Shown here: positions 31,501-41,495 of the stretch, in pieces
Position numbering within the stretch: the first letter of the stretch is position 1
Layout of the letters: the number at the start of each line of letters is the position of its first letter
IMG/VR virus record: IMGVR_UViG_3300031707_002715
Coordinates: 32,001-96,000 of that record
Direction: 5' to 3' (one strand)
Source: a virus
DNA length: 64,000 nucleotides
The notes under the pieces: generated by a model
What the model was told of the DNA's origin: nothing
The model's database searches: none
The model's input: only the letters and a program-made list of their open reading frames with translations
Made by a program: the position numbers and the translations under genes

Positions 31501-34500
31501 ATACTGTTCAAACTCTTAGTGGTAACATCATCACGACCACTGCGACTATATTGCCTGCACCTAGTGATATAGTTCAAGTAGATTGTATATACTCTACATT
31601 ATTTGATGCTACTGTAGGTTCAGGTGCAAAAGTAATTACAATAGGTGATATACATAATCCAGATATAGTATTTGATTTTTCTGACAAGGCTAATCCGTAT
31701 TATTATCCTGAATCGCCGACTACTTATAATTTACAAGGTGAAAAAGATATAACGACTGTTGCTATAGATAAACGAGGTCGAGAAACGACAAATACTTCTA
31801 TACCTCAATTAAGCGGTCGCAACACGTTAAAATTAGATACTGATGCACCGATTTCTACAGATAATGCAGTTACTGGTTGGGTAAATCACGATGTCGTAGT
31901 GACAATCACATCAAATGATTTTGTACCGCCACCAGATCAGACTGCATCAGGCATTAACAGGATACTTTATAGTACTGACGGATCAGATCCGAATATAATC
32001 GTATATGATTCATCTGTGCTCGTGACTCTTTCAATCACGGGACAATATGCTGTTAAATACAGGGGCGTCGATAATGCGGGTAATTATGAAATAATCAAAG
32101 AATCTGTGCTCGTGCAAGTCGATAAGAGTGCGCCCATAACGTCTGTAGTGGTCGTTGCACCAGACGGGACAAATGGTTGGTATATATCGTCACCGCTTAT
32201 TACTTTAAATGCACAAGATCCCGATTCAGGCATTTACAAGACTTTTTACAAATGGGACGCCGGTTCGTTCGCATTATATCCGGGATCGTTATTGATACCG
32301 TCTGAAGGTGTTCATATACTTTATTTTTACAGTATAGATAATGTTGGAAATATCGAGACTATAAATCAATACACTTTTAAACTCGATACATCGATACCAA
32401 TAACTACAGATAATATTATAAGCGGCTGGATGAATAATCCAGTCGTACAATTGACGGTTAGTGCGTCGCCTTCAGGCGTGTATAGGACTTATTACGAGTT
32501 CGCTGTAGATCCCATCATACCGCCTGATCCGACTACGGGCTCATCGTTTACAATAACACAACAAATTAGATTTCCTGCAAGCAATATTTATAATTTGAAA
32601 TATTTTTCTATTGATATCGCAGGCAATGTTGAATCTGTAAAGGCTGCGACTAATAAATTAAAATTAGATTTAGAGAAACCGATCGTAGTTTCAATAAATC
32701 CAGTGAATTTAATATTTAATCCACCGCCAAATTTGACTGTTAATTTTGCAGATGTATTGTCTGGTATTAACGTTAACACTGTCAAAATAGTCGTCGATGA
32801 TATTGAATACTCGACGACTAAGAATTCGACATATTTTTCATACACGGGTGCTGCTCCATATAACACGTTGCAAGTAGTTGTAGGACCTGTAGCTAGCATT
32901 CCGAATTTTGATAATTTAGAAAATGTCGTCATTTATGCTAACGACAACGCAGGCAATGCATTGATTCCTGTCGTGGTCGGGATATTGCCTGTCGATACGA
33001 CTGCGCCATATATAAGAGGATTTTGGCCAAAAAATAAAGCTGAAGATGTGTCGAGAGACACTAATGTGATGCTGTTTATCGATGATGATATTTCGGGCGT
33101 CGATCTGCGAACTGTTTCAATAAAAATTGCAAACACTACATACCAAATTATTACGACGAATGTTATCGATGTCACGTATGTCGGGTCGTTACCAGATGTA
33201 TATTTAGATGTTCTAGATAATAATTTATATGTGACAGTGGGCGGTGTGGTTGTTGCAGAAGTTAATTTGACGCACGATGAATACTCGACCGTTAAAAAAG
33301 TCAGCGAGTTTTTAGATTCATTACCGGATTTTACAGCTACTGTTATAAATAAAGATTACGATCAAATTTCAAGTTTAGAATTCTTGAATTTATATCACGT
33401 CGCAGTTAATCCGAGTTTTACAATGTTTGTTGCAACATTTGAAGACAATAAGAGTATTTATTTTATACCTCGTAATAAGGGCTATTTAATCGCTATTACA
33501 CCTAGCGAGACATTTGAAGATAATTATTTAGTAAATGTGTACGTTGATGCAAAAGATTTTAGTAACAATTCAATGCAGGCTGAACATTACTATTTTACAT
33601 GTAAAGATTCAGTGACACCGTCGAGAGAATTTAGAGATAAATGGTATCAATATCACATCGACATTGTAAATCGTATTTTAAGTAGGTTAGAAACTACTTA
33701 TAACAAAAACTCAGAATCGACTGTATTTTACGGTTATTTCCGATCATTAGCGCTCGAAATTGCCAGGTCTAAACAAATAGCTGAAGATTACGCAAATGAC
33801 AATTATTATAATCAAACGAGATCAGATTTGTTATACCAAAATCTGGGCTATTTATTGAAGTTTGAACCGCGGCCTGATTTTTCGCATGATAGATATCGTG
33901 AAGTATTATTATCGTTAATGCAAATGTTTTTTAAAGGTTCGACAAAAGAAAGCTTAATTGAAGGCTTATCGGTATTTCTTGGCGTACAATCAGTGGCTAT
34001 TCGTGAATATTTAGATAACATCGCATGGCAATTCATGTTTTCTGTCGATATAGATATCGGCACTACGCCCATAAGAAATTGGGACGAGTTTAATGCAGAT
34101 GTGACTGCTGTAGTAAAATTAGTAAAACCTGCGCACACGTATTTCTTGTTAAGATACGTGTTCTCTGAAATTATTAGGACGCAAGATATTCAGGATGAGA
34201 TTGTAAGATGGGATTTTGCTTTTCATTCATCGGAAGATGTCAGGGCAAATTGCGAAGATAAATATAAGATAGCCGAAATAATAACTGAAAATGTATCGGC
34301 ACAGTTTGACGGTTCAAACAATTGTTGTTATGCTTATTATAAACCGATTTTGAATTGGTTAGAGACGACAATAACTAATGATCCAATAGACATACAGCTT
34401 GATGTGACACCGGTTGGACCGCCTATAAGTGTAACATCTGTTAATGGAATTACTGGTAAGATATGTTTAAGTAGGAACCCATTAATAACAGAGACAGTGA

Positions 34501-35063
34501 AAATTATCTATAAATTTAATAAATACGTAATATATAGAGAACTTAGATTATATACGAATACTTATACAATTACTACAGGTCAATTCGACTTAACTAGAAA
34601 AGCATTATTAAATCAAATTAATGTACCAAGTGATACAATAATTTCTTATAATATTCCAGAACAACTTCATGCTCATATATGCGAATCTGGAATATTTATC
34701 AATGTCCACTATGGTACTCTTAATGAGAGATGGACTTTACCAAATGAAAGATTGTTCTTTAACGTAAATGATTTTAAACACGAACGGGTAGAATTTGACA
34801 TTCGTGAGAAAGTAAATTTTGGCGCATTAATTAAAGAGACTGTAGATATACCAGACGAACGAGTGATGATGCAATTTGCGATACCGTATAGAGAAAGAGT
34901 ATCTATCATTAACAATGAAATCGGTTTTGTACACGAAACAAATGCTCAACCATTTACAACTAATTATGCAGAGTCTTTGACAAATAATAATCGCGATAGA
35001 TTTATATTTCCAAATGCTGCAGACTTGTTGTTTTTCTGGATTGAGCGAGATCTTGGAGGATAA
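28572..35063 (+). CDS. Giant baseplate wedge/tail protein with chitobiase-C-terminal (FN3-associated)-like and OmpL47-like Ig repeats
   Basis: TTG start after GAGG. Repeated 'YYT.DGS.PT', 'D..SG(V/I)..(I/T).Y..D' and 'YFS.D.AGN.E'. C-terminal 'LYQNLGYLL...YREVLLSL...GSTKESL...LVKPAHT' is wedge-like. Confidence 0.75.
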   Translation: MAIPVTNSNISTSWCTSFFAVIFETNEPSLTYYTLDGSIPTTSSSLYTSPFIIETEGITTVKYFSISDSTHEANIVQTEQVKIDGITPISTIHVNINPDGQNSWYITLPVITITANDAVSGVDKIYYSWDGATFVVYTGGSFTIPGEGIHYLQVYSIDFASNKEEVQTRTFKYDNVVPSTAITIPLEVSHNPVTITFTVTDSASGQQNTYYTTDGSTPTTDLTPATSFEIKTSGLYVVKFFSVDNAGNIESVKQSAPFRLEIEPAALQVLITESFPINGDNCWYKSSPQISLLTTKPNLVTSLTYKIAPRAKPTTATYTSTVHITGTINLSQGSFIALEIDQSNNPLVINIRGVDATQTSIQDIIDQINNTVGGDVPIAKQTDVNGLTGTGYITVTSPTGGSGSPTSEIKFVSPGTFDATEVVFGLNIDTYPHTFTETYLYINYTNHFVLPSDGSWLVSAIAVTDTETATVEKNYNLDSTAPITVITVVPDHGSGFYTTTPDITFSATDNASGIHHIIYQFDENPTFEYHLEDGPIHLPNTSKIIRLTYFSVDVAGNVETPKERLFNFDNIKPVTSTDATAINEYNDLNIILSWAHVIEFNPISEEYEFTLLTPSLRQNLTTYTDWSTMMLYLTSLNVDSTSKVFTVDLLNNYLVTSVTHNLSTGNVLEVRSTVQLPNPLLANRYYYIIAISATQIKVADTYDNALLGTAITLTNTGIGVLTLNRAKPEIVVSDPLRIFLKPVDDRQYTVVNERILTQDDAINELTTANNFLISVSRVYNSTTSTTLTVKYTSNNKIYTNEVFAATDVIYVDYIYTGISHVYYGINIEPSILTPEGVIVDLNDNGVSSIKWFAIDTAGNIEDTKDLSATVAVLNRAPVVDVNIVKSTDLTDFVPNGDNDWYKLNESIPTLRPEIKINIKSPNVFFFNYHPTFISVSGPGPYTVQYQIPFINTTYEELSDVTPYLKTRVENITKNEVYTVQTLSGNIITTTATILPAPSDIVQVDCIYSTLFDATVGSGAKVITIGDIHNPDIVFDFSDKANPYYYPESPTTYNLQGEKDITTVAIDKRGRETTNTSIPQLSGRNTLKLDTDAPISTDNAVTGWVNHDVVVTITSNDFVPPPDQTASGINRILYSTDGSDPNIIVYDSSVLVTLSITGQYAVKYRGVDNAGNYEIIKESVLVQVDKSAPITSVVVVAPDGTNGWYISSPLITLNAQDPDSGIYKTFYKWDAGSFALYPGSLLIPSEGVHILYFYSIDNVGNIETINQYTFKLDTSIPITTDNIISGWMNNPVVQLTVSASPSGVYRTYYEFAVDPIIPPDPTTGSSFTITQQIRFPASNIYNLKYFSIDIAGNVESVKAATNKLKLDLEKPIVVSINPVNLIFNPPPNLTVNFADVLSGINVNTVKIVVDDIEYSTTKNSTYFSYTGAAPYNTLQVVVGPVASIPNFDNLENVVIYANDNAGNALIPVVVGILPVDTTAPYIRGFWPKNKAEDVSRDTNVMLFIDDDISGVDLRTVSIKIANTTYQIITTNVIDVTYVGSLPDVYLDVLDNNLYVTVGGVVVAEVNLTHDEYSTVKKVSEFLDSLPDFTATVINKDYDQISSLEFLNLYHVAVNPSFTMFVATFEDNKSIYFIPRNKGYLIAITPSETFEDNYLVNVYVDAKDFSNNSMQAEHYYFTCKDSVTPSREFRDKWYQYHIDIVNRILSRLETTYNKNSESTVFYGYFRSLALEIARSKQIAEDYANDNYYNQTRSDLLYQNLGYLLKFEPRPDFSHDRYREVLLSLMQMFFKGSTKESLIEGLSVFLGVQSVAIREYLDNIAWQFMFSVDIDIGTTPIRNWDEFNADVTAVVKLVKPAHTYFLLRYVFSEIIRTQDIQDEIVRWDFAFHSSEDVRANCEDKYKIAEIITENVSAQFDGSNNCCYAYYKPILNWLETTITNDPIDIQLDVTPVGPPISVTSVNGITGKICLSRNPLITETVKIIYKFNKYVIYRELRLYTNTYTITTGQFDLTRKALLNQINVPSDTIISYNIPEQLHAHICESGIFINVHYGTLNERWTLPNERLFFNVNDFKHERVEFDIREKVNFGALIKETVDIPDERVMMQFAIPYRERVSIINNEIGFVHETNAQPFTTNYAESLTNNNRDRFIFPNAADLLFFWIERDLGG

Positions 35064-35066
35064 TTT

Positions 35067-35201
35067 ATGCAAAAGATTCAAAATCAAGTTAAGAAGCAAG
35101 CACCAGCAAAGCTCAAAGAAGATTTTAAGAAAATTAGGTCTAGTGCAGGTGTGGGTATAATGAGACATGTAGACGGTCGAATTGAAAAACGGAAATTTTA
35201 A
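35067..35201 (+). CDS. 44-aa basic mini-ORF (not in ORF track)
   Basis: MQKIQNQVKKQAPAKLKEDFKKIRSSAGVGIMRHVDGRIEKRKF*, preceded by GGAGG, and fills the gap exactly. Confidence 0.55.
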   Translation: MQKIQNQVKKQAPAKLKEDFKKIRSSAGVGIMRHVDGRIEKRKF

Positions 35202-35218
35202 ACTATTCAGGAGGATTT

Positions 35219-35758
35219 ATGTTATTTGAAAATCAGAATCGATGGATAAAAAAGGGTGATATCTTCATGACGATGAAGCATAGAGATGGTACAATCGAAC
35301 GTCGAGAAATGCACAATGTCATTGTTGATCAGGCTTCATTTTTAATGGCACAATTAATGAAAGAATATGGTGGCACTAGTACAATTCCAGTTTCATATGT
35401 GCCGGGTATATTTGTATTAGCTGTTGGTACGGGTGATCCTGGTTGGGATTTGCAGAATCCACCGATTGCAACTGCAGCACAGACGTTATTGGTTAATGAA
35501 TTAGACCGTAAGAGATTTAGTCGTACTTATTATGTCGATGATCTCGGTGTCGAGTCATTAACGAGGACTCACATTGTTGATTTTGAGACGACGTTTAATG
35601 ATACAGAAGCTGTCGGTGCGCTTGTTGAAATGGGATTATTCGGTGGAACGGGATCAACGTCTGCAGGTGGAGGCGATATGGTAAATTACCACACGTTTCC
35701 AGTCTGGAATAAACCAAGTACATCGACTCTCGTATGTACTTGGAGATTGACGTTTTAA
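35219..35758 (+). CDS. Baseplate / tail-fibre attachment-like protein
   Basis: RBS AGGAGG; 'HNVIVD', 'LAVGTG', 'LVNELDRK', 'EAVGALVEMGLFG' and 'TWRLTF'. Confidence 0.65.
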   Translation: MLFENQNRWIKKGDIFMTMKHRDGTIERREMHNVIVDQASFLMAQLMKEYGGTSTIPVSYVPGIFVLAVGTGDPGWDLQNPPIATAAQTLLVNELDRKRFSRTYYVDDLGVESLTRTHIVDFETTFNDTEAVGALVEMGLFGGTGSTSAGGGDMVNYHTFPVWNKPSTSTLVCTWRLTF

Positions 35759-35809
35759 TGCATGATCATGTTCTAGTTTCAGCAAAATAGTTTTCAATAA
35801 CAAAGAATA

Positions 35810-38191
35810 ATGATGAAATATTTCGATTTAATACAATGTGAATTTACAAAATATGCACGGTCTGAAGAGATGTGTAAGATAGCTAGACGTTTGAAAAGAA
35901 GCAAGAGTACGACCAAAGATTTTTTGAATGATATGGGTGATAAAAATGTCACGAATCCAAGTGCTAAGGGTAAAAAGCGTACAATTAAAGTCAAGTCATT
36001 GAAAAGCGGTGATGAGCGCCAAAAACAGTTGTTTAAGCAATTATATAAACAGTGGAAGGGATCAAAAACTAAAAAAGTTGACAAAAAAGATAAGTTAAAG
36101 AGTAAAGTTAAGAAGCGCAGGAAACAGATAAGACAAGAGTTTAAAAAGAAGAAGCAAGAGATAAAAAAAGAGCCTACTGAAAAAAAGAAAATTGAAAAAG
36201 TCAAGATGAAAGTCGATCCTAAAAAGATCGAAGAGCATCGAAAAGATATAGCGAGTGAAACAAAATCTAATAAAGAACAGCAAGTCATTGAAAAACAGAT
36301 AAGTGAGAAATTAAAAGCTGTTGGTGATAAATCAGACGAACAATATAAATCGACAATATCCGTAGTTAAAAAGAACGAAAAGAGCTTGTATAGAGACACT
36401 AGTGATTTAAATGATCCATTGCCGCCTGATCCAGAAAAATTAAAAACGATTGATACAGATCAAAAATCGTTATCTCGTGCAATGAAAGCTTTAGATATTA
36501 GTAATTCAGAGATATCAGATGTTGTTAATAGTCCAAATGTTGTAACATATAAAATTAGCTTGAAAAATTTAAGTGATAAAGATAAAGCTAGAGCAATGCA
36601 TAAGTTATTATCAACGGAAAGTAAAACAGTATTGAGTCATTTTATTGGTAAAAAAGAAAATGTCACTGTTAATGAAAATAGAGACACTGATACCATTGAT
36701 GTGCACGTACCGAAAGGTACTGATTTGAAAGATAGAGATCCCGTATCATTTAAAGAATTGATTACTAATGATAAATTTGTAAAGGCTTCAAAAGATCCGA
36801 CTAAATTACCGATTGCATTTGGTAAAGATGAGAATAATAACACAGTGACGTACGATTTTAGTAATACACCTCATTTAATAGTTTCAGGTGCGACTAAATC
36901 TGGAAAATCTGTGTTTAATCAAAGCATAATTAATTCAATTCAGATGGGTAAATCGCCAGATGAAGCGAAATTAATATTAATAGACGCTGCTAAAAAGGGT
37001 GCTGAATTTGCACAGTATAAAGATAGTGAATATTTGGATAGACCGATTGCAACGAGCGCTAAAGAGGCTGAAGATGCATTGCAGTCATTAAGCGACGAAG
37101 TCAATCGACGTAATGAGTTCTTGAAGACTATTAGTGGTAAGACGGGCATGAGTTTTAGAAATATTGAAGAATGGAACTCATTTGTCACTAAAGATACTGA
37201 GAAAATGAGTCCAAATGAACAGAAAGCATTCAATATTGTGCCAGAAGATCAACGAAAAAAAATGCATAGAATAGTAACGATAGTTGACGAAGCGAAAGAT
37301 TTGTTCAATAAAGAAGTCAATCCAAATGCACCAAAATTATTTAATTTAGTTGATCATATGCTAACAGTTGCTAGGTCTGTTGGTGCTCACATGGTTATAG
37401 CGACACAGTCGCCTGCAAAACAAAATATACCGGGTAAAATACAGGCTAATATTGGTGCAAAGATGACATTTAGATTGCAAAATAAGAGTGATGCTGAAAA
37501 TATTGGTGTGCCAGATGCAACTGATTTATTAATGTATGGTGACGGATATTTTGAAGATCCGTCTATGGGTGGCGGACCGACTAGATTGCAAACGGGTTTT
37601 ATTGATAAGAATGATGATGCAAAAATTAGCGAGAAAACAAAAGGCGAACAAAAGTTCATTGAACGTGAAAAGAAAGTTGTACCAAAACCGGTAGAAGAAT
37701 TTAAAGGAGTGACTGATCCGGCTTTTCTAGAATTCAAGCAAAGAATGAGTGATGTTCATAAACAGCTTGATGAACAGCGTATTAAGATACAAGAAAGACT
37801 AAAAGAATTAAAGGGTCGCGAATCAGAAATAGAAAAAGAACACCAGAGTTTACGAGAACAATTAGAAGAAAGACGACGTAAAACTCAAGACATCAGACAG
37901 CAACAATCGGATGTCGCACGTCAAAAAGAACGGTCGCCGGCAGTTGAAGTCGAAGAAGAACCTGTAGCTAAAGAACCAACAGTAGAATCTTCTTCGCCTG
38001 ATGTCGCTAGTGAAATTGAAGAATTAACTAAGACAGTACCTGTCAGCGATGTCAAGAAAGAGCCTAAAGCAAAAGAACTAGAGAGGCCGACTGAAAAGAG
38101 AAAATCGCTTCTTGATAGAATTAAAAAAATGTTTGGTAAAAAATCATCAATCGATATGACAAATCATTTCATCCAGAACATTTTAACATGA
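35810..38191 (+). CDS. FtsK/SpoIIIE-type P-loop ATPase with Lys-rich N-terminus and charged C-terminal tail
   Basis: 'TPHLIVSGATKSGKS' (Walker A), 'LILID', 'IVTIVDE' (Walker B), 'ARSVGAHMVIATQSP' and 'LLMYGDG'. Confidence 0.9.
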   Translation: MMKYFDLIQCEFTKYARSEEMCKIARRLKRSKSTTKDFLNDMGDKNVTNPSAKGKKRTIKVKSLKSGDERQKQLFKQLYKQWKGSKTKKVDKKDKLKSKVKKRRKQIRQEFKKKKQEIKKEPTEKKKIEKVKMKVDPKKIEEHRKDIASETKSNKEQQVIEKQISEKLKAVGDKSDEQYKSTISVVKKNEKSLYRDTSDLNDPLPPDPEKLKTIDTDQKSLSRAMKALDISNSEISDVVNSPNVVTYKISLKNLSDKDKARAMHKLLSTESKTVLSHFIGKKENVTVNENRDTDTIDVHVPKGTDLKDRDPVSFKELITNDKFVKASKDPTKLPIAFGKDENNNTVTYDFSNTPHLIVSGATKSGKSVFNQSIINSIQMGKSPDEAKLILIDAAKKGAEFAQYKDSEYLDRPIATSAKEAEDALQSLSDEVNRRNEFLKTISGKTGMSFRNIEEWNSFVTKDTEKMSPNEQKAFNIVPEDQRKKMHRIVTIVDEAKDLFNKEVNPNAPKLFNLVDHMLTVARSVGAHMVIATQSPAKQNIPGKIQANIGAKMTFRLQNKSDAENIGVPDATDLLMYGDGYFEDPSMGGGPTRLQTGFIDKNDDAKISEKTKGEQKFIEREKKVVPKPVEEFKGVTDPAFLEFKQRMSDVHKQLDEQRIKIQERLKELKGRESEIEKEHQSLREQLEERRRKTQDIRQQQSDVARQKERSPAVEVEEEPVAKEPTVESSSPDVASEIEELTKTVPVSDVKKEPKAKELERPTEKRKSLLDRIKKMFGKKSSIDMTNHFIQNILT

Positions 38192-38415
38192 TAGACACAA
38201 AAGCTATTATTAGACGATGTCCAAAAAAAGACAAAGACAATCGGCCATCGGATAAACAAAAATATTGTTTATACACTAGCGACGGTTCTAAATTATTGGG
38301 TCGTCATCCTTCGAAAGAAAAAGCATTGCGTCAAGAAAGAGCTATTCAAAAACATAAACATTCATCTATAATTAATAAAGAATTTTCAAAAATAGTTCTC
38401 GACAGGAGTGATTAA
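38188..38415 (+). CDS. Small basic phage protein
   Basis: 'YCLYTSDGSKLLGRHPSKEKALRQERAIQ' resembles small proteins common in large phages; ATGA overlap. Confidence 0.6.
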   Translation: MIDTKAIIRRCPKKDKDNRPSDKQKYCLYTSDGSKLLGRHPSKEKALRQERAIQKHKHSSIINKEFSKIVLDRSD

Positions 38416-41298
38416 ATGTCAACATTAGACTATGGCACTGGTGTTTCAAGAACATTGCAACCTGAATTTCACGGTTTTGACACGATAGTCTTTCAAGATG
38501 GTAAACCTGTTCTTGATTCAGAGCTTAATTTGTTGTTTGATGTCGTATCTGATAAATTTCAAAAATATATTTCTAATCAAGCACAAAGCGGTTTTCTTAA
38601 CGTGCCGTCATTTGTGTTCGATGTTACTTGGCCAAACAAATTTCAAATGCCTCAAGACATTGCTATTGTAAATGGTCATCAAATCAACGTTCTTTCTCAC
38701 GGCGATTCATTTATTGAATTGAATCCTGCATCGCTCGGTAGCGGCAATAATAGATATGATTTTTTATTTCTAGAAGTTTGGAAAGTAGAACTGTCTGGTG
38801 GCACTACAGACTATAAACCAGATGCGACTCACATTTATAAAGAAGGTAATGTCCAAAATACATTAAGCACATTAGACGATGATATTATCGATCCTATAAT
38901 TGTAGCTACTTATCCTGAAACTACAAAACGCGTACAAATTCAATATAGGATTCGTATTCAAGAAAATGATCCGAGCTTCATACTCAATTCGCAAAATTCA
39001 AATATATTTGACAGTATAACTTATGCTCAAGGCGGAGCATTAGTGCCTGTAAATCCATTTAACTTTTCAAATTTAGGTGCATCGACGGGCGATTATGGAT
39101 TGTGGCGCGCAGGAAACGGCGATGCTTCTTCGAGGCTACAATTAAAGAGCGTTGATGGTTATGTATATGCGATACCTATCGCATTAGTTTTCAGGAGATC
39201 GCAAGCGCCTTACATAGATGAAGATATTAACGGACAACAGGCGTCCGATGTCGCGATAGGTGGAACTTCAGATAGACCTGATGGATTATTTTATGATTCA
39301 GTTGCTAGCGCTGATGTCATTGATTTACGACACAATGTCGTTTTTGGTAAGCAAATAACTTATGATGAGATACTGAAAACAGCTATTAAAGACTTATTAA
39401 CTGGCCAGAACAAGACTAAACGACAGATCGCTGTGAAATACGATGCATTAAGTGACATTGCTATAACGGGATATTCGATTGTTGGTGCAGCTGACAAGAC
39501 GAGGACGACGATTAGCGACTTACAAACGACTATCGTTTCAAATGTTGTGAGACTTAATGTCGGCGACACTGATCCTTCTCAAGATTTTTATACTAGTAGA
39601 GCAGCTGGCAATTGGCAAATTGGAGATACTATAACGGTTAAAGCGCCTGCTGGATCGCCGGCAGGAACGATTATTTTAGGCACAGATGATGCTAGCGTGA
39701 GCACGAAACCCTTTGTGTATAGAAATAATGCGGGATTAATCAATGTAGCAGGCTCGTGGTTGAATACAGGCACTGCAACTGCTATATTTACTATTAATGA
39801 AAATATAACTGCCCAAGAAATATGGGTCACATATGATGTGCAATATCCAAATAATCAGGGCATGTCTTATATAGCTGATGACGTAATAAAAGTCGATTAT
39901 ACAAATGCTGCATCATTTCCAACTGTGCAAACTTCATATGTGCCTCATAGCGGAATTGTTCGTGCAAGTACAAATCTAGCTAATACATCGTTATATTTAT
40001 CGAGACATTCTAAACAGTTGAATTTTACGCATGCTGCAACCATCAATAGTTATGCCGCAAATTACCAGTTTACTAAGCATAACAAACAAATTAGCATAAC
40101 CCCAATCATTTCATCTACGACTACGATCAACGGTTCTACTCGAACGTTATTTACTAATAACACTAGCGCTACAACTAGAGAGTTATATTTACCGTTTGCT
40201 ACGAATAAGACGTGGATGGTTCGAGGCGTTTATACTACTCAGTCTGGTACGACTGAAATAGCTACTGAAGTATTTGCTAGCCAAAATCCATCATTGATTT
40301 CAGGTCATGTGTTTAAGCATCCGACAGCAGTTACTCAATATTCATTTGCAAAAATTACATCGATGGTCTACGTGCCGACTAGCACAGAGCTAGTTTCAAC
40401 AGGTGCGTGGTCGCCGGTATACAAGCAGAGTTCAAATGGCAATATAGACTTATTTGTCCTCGTTAATAGTAGCGGTGTAGAATATGTGCCGCCATCGTCT
40501 AATACGGCAGATTTCGTCATGGCTTATAGGAGTATCCCGACAAATAGAGTTAATGCTTATGTAGCTAGTAGCGTTGCACCGATCGATAATTGGATTAAAG
40601 TTCGTGATGATGCGACGATTATTGACGGCCAACAATTATGGGTTGATATGGATTATATTGGAGAACCTCATGATGGAGCCCAGGTAAAGATAGCTTATAA
40701 ATATTTACCATACCAAGGCTTAGTCGATACTTCGTCAGGTCTTCAATTGGATGCAATCATAAAAGCTTTAGGTGGTTTTATACATTCTGATGGTACTGGT
40801 AATGTCACTGCTAATATTGATCTAAAGACTTATCCACGAACATTAATATCTTATTTACCAACGCCATTAAATATCGAATATCTATTAAAAGGCGATTCGA
40901 TTACTGGCGTTACAAGCCTCGGTAAATATAATTCAAACGATGTATGTCACGTGGATACTAGTTTACTAGAATATGCTACAACAGATCAATCCATGTTGAA
41001 AATAGACGACATCATCACTGCTAGATTTAATGTAGCTTTAAATGCGATTGAACGAGGTGGTAATGAAGCTACTGCGTTAAAGTCGATTATGTTATTACCG
41101 TTAGCAGTTGCAAATTACAAGCAAGTAGTTATATTTGGATTAGCTATTACGACGAACAATTTTGCATTTAAAAACGAATTAATCTTGTATGTATGGACGT
41201 ATACTAATAATAATACAGCTAATCAATTGACATCGGCAGATGCAACTCATATAGGTGTTGACTTTTATTTCATAAATAAACGACCATTAGTAAAGTAA
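38416..41298 (+). CDS. Tail fibre/baseplate structural protein
   Basis: RBS AGGAG. N-terminal 'IVFQDGKPVLDSELN', 'RYDFLFLEVW', 'ETTKRVQIQYRIR' and 'VDGYVYAIPIALVFRR...RPDGLF'. Confidence 0.7.
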   Translation: MSTLDYGTGVSRTLQPEFHGFDTIVFQDGKPVLDSELNLLFDVVSDKFQKYISNQAQSGFLNVPSFVFDVTWPNKFQMPQDIAIVNGHQINVLSHGDSFIELNPASLGSGNNRYDFLFLEVWKVELSGGTTDYKPDATHIYKEGNVQNTLSTLDDDIIDPIIVATYPETTKRVQIQYRIRIQENDPSFILNSQNSNIFDSITYAQGGALVPVNPFNFSNLGASTGDYGLWRAGNGDASSRLQLKSVDGYVYAIPIALVFRRSQAPYIDEDINGQQASDVAIGGTSDRPDGLFYDSVASADVIDLRHNVVFGKQITYDEILKTAIKDLLTGQNKTKRQIAVKYDALSDIAITGYSIVGAADKTRTTISDLQTTIVSNVVRLNVGDTDPSQDFYTSRAAGNWQIGDTITVKAPAGSPAGTIILGTDDASVSTKPFVYRNNAGLINVAGSWLNTGTATAIFTINENITAQEIWVTYDVQYPNNQGMSYIADDVIKVDYTNAASFPTVQTSYVPHSGIVRASTNLANTSLYLSRHSKQLNFTHAATINSYAANYQFTKHNKQISITPIISSTTTINGSTRTLFTNNTSATTRELYLPFATNKTWMVRGVYTTQSGTTEIATEVFASQNPSLISGHVFKHPTAVTQYSFAKITSMVYVPTSTELVSTGAWSPVYKQSSNGNIDLFVLVNSSGVEYVPPSSNTADFVMAYRSIPTNRVNAYVASSVAPIDNWIKVRDDATIIDGQQLWVDMDYIGEPHDGAQVKIAYKYLPYQGLVDTSSGLQLDAIIKALGGFIHSDGTGNVTANIDLKTYPRTLISYLPTPLNIEYLLKGDSITGVTSLGKYNSNDVCHVDTSLLEYATTDQSMLKIDDIITARFNVALNAIERGGNEATALKSIMLLPLAVANYKQVVIFGLAITTNNFAFKNELILYVWTYTNNNTANQLTSADATHIGVDFYFINKRPLVK

Positions 41299-41432
41299 AG
41301 AATGATTTGTAATTTTTTAATCTACAATTTAATAAATAAAATTTTTGTAAATTAATTTTAAAACGAAACATAATATAAACGACAAATTCAATTTCTGTTA
41401 TCATTTATATACAACTTTTATCTTCTGTTTTC

Positions 41433-41495
41433 TATGGAAGACGAAGAAGTAAAAGAAAAACAGAATAATTAATAAAAGAACTTAAAAATGATTAG
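41433..41495 (+). pseudogene. Remnant of IS607-type serine-resolvase tnpA C-terminus
   Basis: Translates YGRRRSKRKTE*LIKELKND*, matching IS607 TnpA C-termini; overlaps the tnpB start. Confidence 0.65.

Noticed and set aside
35794-36399. 201-aa hydrophobic minus-strand ORF and other short antisense ORFs in the track
   Set aside because: They are shadows of real genes on the opposite strand (here, of Lys-rich codons).
1-41298. Bacterial eCIS/T6SS/tailocin locus
   Set aside because: It is contiguous with phage-type helicase, loader, ligase and exonuclease genes, with no T6SS membrane complex or housekeeping context.
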